Positions 36,842-42,828 of a stretch of DNA of 42,828 nt are shown piece by piece. Where the stretch lies: positions 1-42,828 of the IMG/VR virus record IMGVR_UViG_3300019872_000006. One strand, given 5' to 3'. The DNA is from a virus. Its lineage: Duplodnaviria; Caudoviricetes. The position numbers and the translations under genes are program-made. The notes beneath the pieces are model-generated. The model was not told the DNA's origin, made no database searches, and saw nothing but the letters and a program-made list of their open reading frames with translations. Numbering within the stretch: the stretch's first letter is position 1; each line of letters opens with the position of its first letter.

Positions 36842-37449
36842 TACTTCTTACCTCTTACATCAATACTAATTGATGTCTTTCCTCGGTGATCTTCTTCCTC
36901 AAGTATAACTACCTTAAAGCCCTGATCTTCCATATCAGCAGATTTGCCGTAGAGAGTTTCATGATTAAGCCCTGCACGGTCGGCCAAATCTTGTGATGCT
37001 TTAAGCTGCACAAGCTCAGTCTTAGCATTCTTGTGCAAATGAGCAATTTGATCCACTGCAGAATGTGCATATTTAGAGATTGTTGCTTGAAGTGAGTTGC
37101 TGTTCACGTTAATAATTTCGTTAAACAGCATCTCAAAGGTGGTCTGAAAATCACTTCCCATCATAATGTTCTGCACAACAATGACGTCGAGATGCAACAT
37201 ATGTGCAGTCTCGTTCTGTGTAAGCCCAAGAAGGTGATACATAAGAATAGCATTAATGGCGGTTTGAGTGCCGGTATCAGATGAAGGCATCTCATTCATA
37301 TTACGACGTGACGATATCTTCATATTCCGTGCAAGTGGAACTAGTAGAGTAGTCTCACCATGCTGTGAAGCGGGCGTCTTATTCTCGTCCACTTTCACTT
37401 CACCACGAGGACCGACATAAGGATCACCGGGTTTTGCTAAACTTCCCAT
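36841..37449 (-). CDS. Probable terminase small subunit
   Basis: HTH-like GLTQNETAHML; TAATG coupling to TerL. Confidence 0.65.
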   Translation of the reverse strand: MGSLAKPGDPYVGPRGEVKVDENKTPASQHGETTLLVPLARNMKISSRRNMNEMPSSDTGTQTAINAILMYHLLGLTQNETAHMLHLDVIVVQNIMMGSDFQTTFEMLFNEIINVNSNSLQATISKYAHSAVDQIAHLHKNAKTELVQLKASQDLADRAGLNHETLYGKSADMEDQGFKVVILEEEDHRGKTSISIDVRGKK

Positions 37450-37484
37450 TTCATTCTCCGTGGGTTCAACTACAGACCCTGTAG

Positions 37485-38657
37485 CTACACAAGTGCAAGT
37501 ATTTGATCTGCAACAAAGTTACCCCAATTGAGATAACCAAGTGTATTGGGGTGGTTCTGGTTATAGATTTCACCTTTAGCATTCATCGTATTCCAGTCAA
37601 TAGAGCGATCAGCCCAAGCAAACATAGCACGATTGTTCGCAATAGCTTTTGCCTTAAGATCGTTAAGAAGACGATCTTGAATTGCTTGTGATACTTGAGC
37701 AAGGTTTGAAGGAATACCGGTACCATACAATACACTAGCCCCACCAGCCGCAGCAGCCACATCAAGAGTCTGATAGTTAGCATTGTATGTCGCATCAGAC
37801 ATATTCAAAATACCATCATTAATGGTTGAGCATAGAAACACACCAGAAGCAATTGAACAGATGTCTTGCAGTGATGGAAGTGGTGACCAAACATTTGCAT
37901 TCACAACCCAATCGGTTGTTGAAGACGAACCACGACCAACATTTAGAATTTGGCACTGCTTAATTGTAGAATTCCAGCAACGATAGCCACCAAAGAAACC
38001 GGGACTTGTAACGTTCTTAATGACAATTGTATGAAAACCAACTGACCCAAGGGAAACGATTGTTCGCTTTTGTGTATTAGTACCAGTCTCAACAATGTTA
38101 ACCGCTGATCCACCGTCGATTGTATACGAAATCGTACCGGCTGTTGTGATTTGTGGATACTGAAATTCAATAGTATCACATTGATCTTGTGTAACAATTG
38201 TAATCGTGGATGTGGTATCAGTCGTGTTGGTCCATAAACAACCACCGAGAGTTGTAGAACCAGAGAAAACCCAGCCACTGCCGGTAAGTGACATCCCTAC
38301 TTTGTACACATTATTAAAATCAGAAGGGTTTGTTACTGTAGCATTGGCACCAGAAGCATATAAATTCTCATAAGTTGATGGAATTCCATTTGCTGCAAAA
38401 CGTTTGGCCATAATAGTAGGCCAGCAACGTTCTTTCGCATTGACTCGGTTATTACCACCAGAGTCGCCACCACCTTCACCCCAAATATTACTATCACCCT
38501 CACAAACAATAATACAATTACCGGTTCCAGCCTTCACAGCTCGAAGATCGGTAAGCATCTTTGAAATACGAGCAGCTGATAGGTTAAAAGTTCCCGGTGC
38601 CGACTTGTTTTGATGGCAAGCTTGATATCGGAACTTCCTATAAGCAAGCCTCTGCAT
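37485..38657 (-). CDS. SGNH/GDSL esterase-domain protein, probable head spike/fibre
   Basis: GDSN (block I), G (block II), IND (block III), NHPN-x2-G (block V); TGATG coupling to the spike base gene. Confidence 0.8.
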   Translation of the reverse strand: MQRLAYRKFRYQACHQNKSAPGTFNLSAARISKMLTDLRAVKAGTGNCIIVCEGDSNIWGEGGGDSGGNNRVNAKERCWPTIMAKRFAANGIPSTYENLYASGANATVTNPSDFNNVYKVGMSLTGSGWVFSGSTTLGGCLWTNTTDTTSTITIVTQDQCDTIEFQYPQITTAGTISYTIDGGSAVNIVETGTNTQKRTIVSLGSVGFHTIVIKNVTSPGFFGGYRCWNSTIKQCQILNVGRGSSSTTDWVVNANVWSPLPSLQDICSIASGVFLCSTINDGILNMSDATYNANYQTLDVAAAAGGASVLYGTGIPSNLAQVSQAIQDRLLNDLKAKAIANNRAMFAWADRSIDWNTMNAKGEIYNQNHPNTLGYLNWGNFVADQILALV

Positions 38658-38917
38658 CAGAAGCCACCGACAAGGCCAGCAGCAGCAGTTCCTGTAGCCC
38701 AAACCTTCTTAATCTCACAATAATTCCATCCAAAGTTGGCAAGAAGAGTAACTTTATCACCAAAACTGTTCTCAATTGTGAGATTTCCTGCAGTTCCTAC
38801 ATAAATTCCCTGTAGACGTGGTGCATATATAGTAACATCCGATGCAGTTACAGGAATTAGGTTCAAAAACGATGCACCAAGACGTGTATGACGGCGTTCA
38901 TAAACATTATCAGCCAT
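38657..38917 (-). CDS. Head spike base protein, RcGTA Rcc01079-like
   Basis: VTASD...GIYVGTAGNL...G..VT...KKVWATGTAA signature; 86 aa; GGAG RBS. Confidence 0.75.
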   Translation of the reverse strand: MADNVYERRHTRLGASFLNLIPVTASDVTIYAPRLQGIYVGTAGNLTIENSFGDKVTLLANFGWNYCEIKKVWATGTAAAGLVGGF

Positions 38918-38948
38918 TTTAGTTCTCCATTTGTTGAGAAAACATACG

Positions 38949-38980
38949 AAAAAGGCCGCTACAAGGTCTGTAGCGGCCTA
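38949..38980 (-). terminator. Rho-independent terminator centred on a palindrome copy
   Basis: - strand AGGCCGCTACA-GACCT-TGTAGCGGCCT-TTTT after stop 38986. Confidence 0.85.
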
Positions 38981-38985
38981 TTCTA

Positions 38986-39321
38986 TCAACCAAACCAACC
39001 TGCTTTTGAAGTAAACACAGCAGTTCGTGATGTACGAGTGAAAATCTTGAGATCATCAGCGATATCACCAGCAGTAGTAACACGATTTACATCGTAAACA
39101 ACTTCCATTGGACGATATCCACCCTGTTCAACAACGTTTGCAGCCACACGCTTGTGACTATCGGCTGCTGTACTACCAGCAACCACGCCATTCAACGCCT
39201 TCATGATAGCCCGACGCTTCTTGGTCTGCTTCAGCAACTTGCTGATCGTAAACTCAAGAGGAGTTGTCGAAGTATTAATGGGAAAGGCGTTGTTGAACAG
39301 AGGAGAGTAATATGAAGCCAT
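38986..39321 (-). CDS. Hypothetical protein (111 aa), first gene of the leftward arm
   Basis: GGAG RBS before ATG 39321; own terminator. Confidence 0.75.
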   Translation of the reverse strand: MASYYSPLFNNAFPINTSTTPLEFTISKLLKQTKKRRAIMKALNGVVAGSTAADSHKRVAANVVEQGGYRPMEVVYDVNRVTTAGDIADDLKIFTRTSRTAVFTSKAGWFG

Positions 39322-39349
39322 GTGCGCATCTCCATTGTTAACAACAACT

Positions 39350-39381
39350 ATATAGCTACAGATGCTGTAGGAGGATGTCAA
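39350..39381 (-). promoter_or_regulatory. Leftward promoter with a palindrome copy between -35 and -10
   Basis: - strand TTGACA-TCCTC-CTACAGCATCTGTAG-CTATAT. Confidence 0.5.
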
Positions 39382-39406
39382 TATAAGTACGTAACATGTA
39401 CGCGTG

Positions 39407-39470
39407 TATATATAACTAAAACCAATAACTATAATATATAATAATAAATAATAAATTATAATATATTTAT
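39407..39470. other. Very AT-rich non-coding tract, candidate origin or unwinding element
   Basis: TATAACTAAAACCAATAACTATAATATATAATAATAAATAATAAATTATAATATATTTAT. Confidence 0.45.
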
Positions 39471-39539
39471 CCTTTTGGGATGAGAAGAGAATGAGACCGC
39501 GCTCCAGAGCGGTCGCATATACCTCGCTCACTAGGTATA

Positions 39540-39568
39540 TACATATCACACTATCACGTGTTTGTCAA
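39540..39568 (-). promoter_or_regulatory. Leftward sigma70-like promoter
   Basis: - strand TTGACA-N17-TATGTA, including TGTGATAT as in the 3401 promoter. Confidence 0.6.
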
Positions 39569-39607
39569 TATATTTATTTATCTACAGCGCTTGTAGTCAA
39601 CTATCTA

Positions 39608-39636
39608 TTTACAATTACTACTTCACCACGTATATC
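39608..39636 (+). promoter_or_regulatory. Rightward sigma70-like promoter
   Basis: TTTACA-N17-TATATC. Confidence 0.55.
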
Positions 39637-39642
39637 TAACTA

Positions 39643-39744
39643 GTCGATGCTTCAGGCGGACGTCGACAGTACGCTGAGGTGACGCTCCTCTGACTCACGC
39701 AGAGTTGGGTTTCTTCCTTTACCACGCAGCTCCCTCAGCGTACT
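39643..39744 (+). ncRNA. Candidate structured leader or ncRNA
   Basis: Stem GTCGATG/CGTCGAC followed by perfect 12-bp stem AGTACGCTGAGG/CCTCAGCGTACT enclosing CTCTG/CAGAG; starts at the predicted +1. Confidence 0.4.
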
Positions 39745-39787
39745 TCAATTCCAGGGCTATGTGGATATCAACAATCAAGGAGTTTTC

Positions 39788-39985
39788 ATGACTACTACAG
39801 TAACTGTAAAGGCTAACCATGGTTGGCCAGTTAAAGCTACCGGTGTCAAAGTTGGTACAATGGAACCAACAAACTATGGTGGAGTTGTTCAACCCGGTGA
39901 ACAGCGCGACTTCCATTGCCATTCGACAATGGATTTGATCGTTCATGAAATCCAACCAGAGGAAACCAACGCCAATCCCTCATGA
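39788..39985 (+). CDS. Hypothetical protein (65 aa)
   Basis: AAGGAG RBS. Confidence 0.7.
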   Translation: MTTTVTVKANHGWPVKATGVKVGTMEPTNYGGVVQPGEQRDFHCHSTMDLIVHEIQPEETNANPS

Positions 39986-40104
39986 ATACGCCGTCAAGGC
40001 GCGATGCACTACAGTACACTGTCCAACTATACTGTAACTATCGTCCTTTACAACTACAGCCTCTGTAGCTACGGTAAATATGCCTCCCAATGGCAGCGAC
40101 TCCT

Positions 40105-40149
40105 AGCCCTAGGATCATGGTTTCAATACCGTGCCTAGGGCTTCTTTTT
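40105..40149 (+). terminator. Rho-independent terminator
   Basis: AGCCCTAGG...CCTAGGGCT followed by TCTTTTT. Confidence 0.6.
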
Positions 40150-40546
40150 GCCTTGGTCGTAGCGCCGATTATTCATCCCACCTAGCGCACGTACGTGCAC
40201 GATGGACTACCGTACGGATACGTTAGCTACAGGATATGTAGTAGTGGTGGTTTGAACTAGTTTCAGAGGACGCTGGACCTCCTTCGTCGCCGCCGGACCA
40301 GCTGGCTCTACAACCAGGGGTTTTGGAAAAGGCCGGGGAGTACCGGGGGTTGAACTACAGGAAAGCCTACTCATTAGTAGGATGCTAATGATTATGGCCC
40401 TAGTCGCTAGGCCGCGCGCAATGCAACTAAAAAATGTATGAATGATTGTACGTTTCAACCATAGATAAGTAGTATCTGGCTACAGGGTCTGTAGTATATA
40501 GTTGTGGCGCCATATAGGCGCAGATCATCGAAAGGGGTTAATAAAT

Positions 40547-40753
40547 ATGGGTCGCTTTACTGCCGATGAGGCGCTAGACTTGAGATATAGCGATGAGGCA
40601 ATCATGCTCGACTTTGTATCAGGCGCAAAGATATGCGAAAACCATGATACATATGTACGTGAATTCATTCGTGATACCTATCCCAACAAGGGGTGGAATG
40701 CAGAAGAGGAATTCATTAACGCTGGCGATTTGTTCGCTTGGTTGGGGTATTGA
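40547..40753 (+). CDS. Hypothetical early protein
   Basis: AAAGGGG RBS. Confidence 0.7.
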   Translation: MGRFTADEALDLRYSDEAIMLDFVSGAKICENHDTYVREFIRDTYPNKGWNAEEEFINAGDLFAWLGY

Positions 40754-40963
40754 ATATGAGGCGCGAGCTAACACTTCTGATCATTTGGCCAATGTTCTGC
40801 TTACTGGTGATTTATATCGCAGAACCGTTAGTTCAATGGCTCGTGTGACTCTGGACAAACGGGAACGCGTCTCGTCGCCAGTACAACACTCACTAATCTG
40901 CCCAGAATACACTCATAATCGTGCATAAACACACTAACTACAGACAATGTAGCACATTTTCAG

Positions 40964-40993
40964 TTGACAATAGGAGTGAATTGAGCCTATAGT
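40964..40993 (+). promoter_or_regulatory. Strong sigma70-like early promoter flanked by two palindrome copies
   Basis: TTGACA-N18-TATAGT; copies at 40938 and 41026. Confidence 0.7.
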
Positions 40994-41073
40994 ATAGGAG
41001 TAATATGGGTTTAGAGTGTTATCTACTACAGATGATGTAGTAGATAGCGAACTAAACAAGGGAATATACAACC

Positions 41074-41271
41074 ATGGAGCAAGCAAAAGATCATATCGAG
41101 CTAGCTACACACTCAATAATGGTGATTAATCGCTTTATTAATGTGTGTAAAACACTCCAAGACGTACATGGGGTACGTCATTGGGAGATGCAACGGCAAA
41201 TGTACGTTGATCAACGTGACTATTATCGTACATTGTTGCCACTACAGAAGGTGTATCAGGATGAAAACTAA
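41074..41271 (+). CDS. Hypothetical early protein
   Basis: AAGGGA RBS. Confidence 0.65.
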   Translation: MEQAKDHIELATHSIMVINRFINVCKTLQDVHGVRHWEMQRQMYVDQRDYYRTLLPLQKVYQDEN

Positions 41272-41473
41272 CATCACTAAACACATATATGACCTAGTTG
41301 CTCACGCTAGGAAAGAGTACAAAGATACTCGCAATGCTCACGGTAAAGCAGTTGAGTATGGGGAACAGGTAATCAACAGTCGTTACCGTTCTGATAGTGA
41401 AGAAATACAAGCAATGGTTGCAAACAGAATGTTGAAAGCAACCAATAGTCACATTTATATCCTGTTAGTGTAA
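41261..41473 (+). CDS. Hypothetical early protein
   Basis: AAGG upstream; overlap with previous gene. Confidence 0.6.
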   Translation: MKTNITKHIYDLVAHARKEYKDTRNAHGKAVEYGEQVINSRYRSDSEEIQAMVANRMLKATNSHIYILLV

Positions 41474-41573
41474 TAACATAAGGATTGAAGTAATTACTAC
41501 ATAGTCTGTAGCTATACAACTATGTAGTAATTGAAGCAATCCTGCTTCAAACCGATCTCGAAAGGATCATATA

Positions 41574-41882
41574 ATGAAATTTGCTATCATTGCTCTATCC
41601 GTAGCCATGTTGTCTTCTTCTGCATTTGCACAGGAAGTTGTTACAGAACCTGTTACAAATGTATCATTGCCAACTGCTACTGATACCGTTGTTGTACCAG
41701 ATGACTTGAAAGCACAATTTGAAGCTGTATGTACTTCAAAGGCCATCAAGAGCAAGAAACTTACCTCCGCTTGCGAGACCCACGCCTATCCCAAGCTGAA
41801 CAAGAAGGGCACAAAGTTCACACAAGCTGGCGTTGGTAAGGAAATGCTTATCCTATCCGTCAACATCGACTTCTTGAAGTAA
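41574..41882 (+). CDS. Secreted/periplasmic early protein
   Basis: Sec signal peptide MKFAIIALSVAMLSSSAFA; two Cys; AAAGGA RBS. Confidence 0.8.
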   Translation: MKFAIIALSVAMLSSSAFAQEVVTEPVTNVSLPTATDTVVVPDDLKAQFEAVCTSKAIKSKKLTSACETHAYPKLNKKGTKFTQAGVGKEMLILSVNIDFLK

Positions 41883-41960
41883 CCTTAGCTAAGGTGTCTG
41901 CTACAGATAATGTAGCAGCATCCTTAACTAAAGGTATACGTCACAACGGAGGAACTAACT

Positions 41961-42098
41961 ATGACTAAGCTGCATGATTGCTTGTACTACTTCTTCATAC
42001 TTGTAGCTATCGTGTGTTATATTGATCTATTCTATCCATATGTACTAAATTCTATCGTGCATGTACATGCGCCAACGAGGATTGAATTCTATGTCTGA
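41961..42098 (+). CDS. Small membrane protein (45 aa, not in ORF track)
   Basis: GGAGGA RBS; YYFFILVAIVCYI. Confidence 0.55.
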   Translation: MTKLHDCLYYFFILVAIVCYIDLFYPYVLNSIVHVHAPTRIEFYV

Positions 42099-42273
42099 AC
42101 CATTGATCGCTAATCGATATCGTGTTGTGCCATATATCCATAACACCTCGCGCCAATATATCGTATACGACACCCTTAAGGATAAGTATGTTCCTCCTCT
42201 ACATCAGGATGAGATAAAGGCGCAAGAACAGGCTAATGAATTGAGTGCGTATCATCGCATAACAATGGGCTAG
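42091..42273 (+). CDS. Hypothetical early protein
   Basis: GAGGA RBS before ATG 42091. Confidence 0.65.
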   Translation: MSEPLIANRYRVVPYIHNTSRQYIVYDTLKDKYVPPLHQDEIKAQEQANELSAYHRITMG

Positions 42274-42286
42274 GAGGAATAACGTT

Positions 42287-42379
42287 ATGATTACAGCACT
42301 TGTAGGAGGAATAATTATATGGTTTGCTGTGCTTATCGTATGTTCATATTTAGTTGTGCATAATGGAAATCGTGATTGA
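42287..42379 (+). CDS. Small membrane peptide (30 aa, not in ORF track)
   Basis: AGGAGG RBS; MITALVGGIIIWFAVLIVCSYLVV. Confidence 0.55.
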   Translation: MITALVGGIIIWFAVLIVCSYLVVHNGNRD

Positions 42380-42405
42380 CAACCTCGCGCTAGCTAGCGT
42401 AATGT
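42376..42405 (+). promoter_or_regulatory. Sigma70-like promoter
   Basis: TTGACA-N18-TAATGT. Confidence 0.55.
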
Positions 42406-42432
42406 CATCACTTACGAAAGGTATCCGCCCGG

Positions 42433-42684
42433 ATGAAACAGGTACACATACCGCTTGAAGGAATACGTTATCGTCATTACGCCCTCCTTAGTTCACCTAC
42501 AGAAGTTGTAAAGCAGGGTGAAACTAAATACGGCGAACGAACTATCCCCATTGAAACAATTCGTGATTATCACCCCGGTCTTTATGGCTTCCAATCCGTA
42601 CAATCTCGTGATAAATTCGTCAGTAGGATGAACGCATCTAATGAACTCCGCCCATGTGTTGCTGTCTTGCTACAGGGTCTGTAG
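42433..42684 (+). CDS. Hypothetical early protein
   Basis: AAAGG RBS; stop TAG is supplied by a palindrome copy. Confidence 0.65.
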   Translation: MKQVHIPLEGIRYRHYALLSSPTEVVKQGETKYGERTIPIETIRDYHPGLYGFQSVQSRDKFVSRMNASNELRPCVAVLLQGL

Positions 42685-42690
42685 CAAGAT

Positions 42691-42828
42691 TGGAGTACAT
42701 GCCTAACATGATCTCCGCCTATTAGCACAATACCGTGCTATGTTATTTGAAGGGAACTAAAACTATGTCTAATGACAATGCCCTCGCATTGACCACTTAC
42801 GACCCGAAATCCATCCAGACTTTCGGCA
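42691..42828 (+). repeat. Terminal overlap, second copy of 1-138
   Basis: Direct sequence comparison. Confidence 0.9.

Larger units (their letters stand above)
1014..42684. repeat. Dispersed 15-bp palindrome family CTACAG-N3-CTGTAG (about 68 copies)
   Basis: Copies start at 1014,1285,1617,2159,2986,3249,3573,3985,4183,4559,5095,5449,6137,7190,7807,8225,8441,9083,9487,10236,11482,11947,13500,14004,14810,15662,16589,16980,17546,18371,19688,20450,20597,21069,21875,22649,23265,24451,25126,25925,27382,28353,28893,29436,29881,30815,31293,32728,33265,33731,34722,35306,36244,37470,38959,39356,39582,40054,40227,40480,40938,41026,41242,41497,41901,42291,42497,42670. Confidence 0.97.

Noticed and set aside
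17188-38815. Numerous + strand ORFs in the late region (and - strand ORFs in the early region)
   Set aside because: They are antisense shadows of well-supported genes, without RBSs or recognisable motifs.
39322-39549. N-terminal extension of ORF 38986..39549
   Set aside because: It translates an AT-rich non-coding tract (Y/I/L-rich). The real start with an RBS is ATG 39321.
39643-39744. tRNA gene
   Set aside because: No T-loop GTTC consensus, cloverleaf or CCA end. Kept only as a generic structured RNA candidate.
1014-42684. Palindrome family as a CRISPR array, REP/MITE family or integron attC sites
   Set aside because: Copies are only 15 bp, irregularly spaced hundreds of bp apart and mostly in-frame within genes. 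There are no spacers, target-site duplications, transposase or integrase.
1014-42684. Palindrome as a LexA box, cop/BlaI box or N4-type hairpin promoter
   Set aside because: Geometry differs (CTGT-N8-ACAG or GTTC-N7-GTTC for LexA; TACA-N2-TGTA for cop/BlaI). No virion RNA polymerase is recognisable and the loop is not conserved.
42691-42828. Biological direct terminal repeat
   Set aside because: It cuts through a gene start, its length is close to an assembler k-mer overlap, and the mismatches are confined to the first 12 bases. An assembly overlap is more likely.

Overview
The window is an apparently complete, circularly assembled ~42.7 kb lytic podovirus-like dsDNA phage genome: bases 1-138 recur at 42691-42828. 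The host is probably an alphaproteobacterium (inference). The + strand (~39.8 kb through the join to 17.0 kb) carries early and replication genes: many small ORFans, a C2H2 zinc-finger protein, a dATP/dGTP diphosphohydrolase-like protein, a Cas4-like PD-(D/E)XK nuclease, an AAA/Sak4-like ATPase, an Acb2-like anti-CBASS sponge, an SSB-like protein, a RecD-like helicase, an XRE HTH, a LuxR-HTH/WYL fusion, a UDG-domain PolA, a HAD phosphatase and an HNH-AP2 endonuclease. The - strand (39.3 to 17.0 kb) carries morphogenesis genes: an RcGTA-type head-spike base plus SGNH esterase, terminases, portal, scaffold, capsid, tail adaptor/nozzle/fibre, lysis genes and ejection proteins. I recognised no integrase, RNA polymerase, primase, tRNA or CRISPR array. 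The outstanding unexplained feature is a 15-bp spaced palindrome, CTACAG-N3-CTGTAG (invariant core TACA-N5-TGTA). I found about 68 copies by eye, on average every ~630 bp, in intergenic DNA, promoters, terminators and inside most coding sequences, where it imprints T-x-P/S/A-V peptides. It looks like a genome-wide self-marking or protein-binding code. All annotations come from motif recognition by eye; no searches were run.
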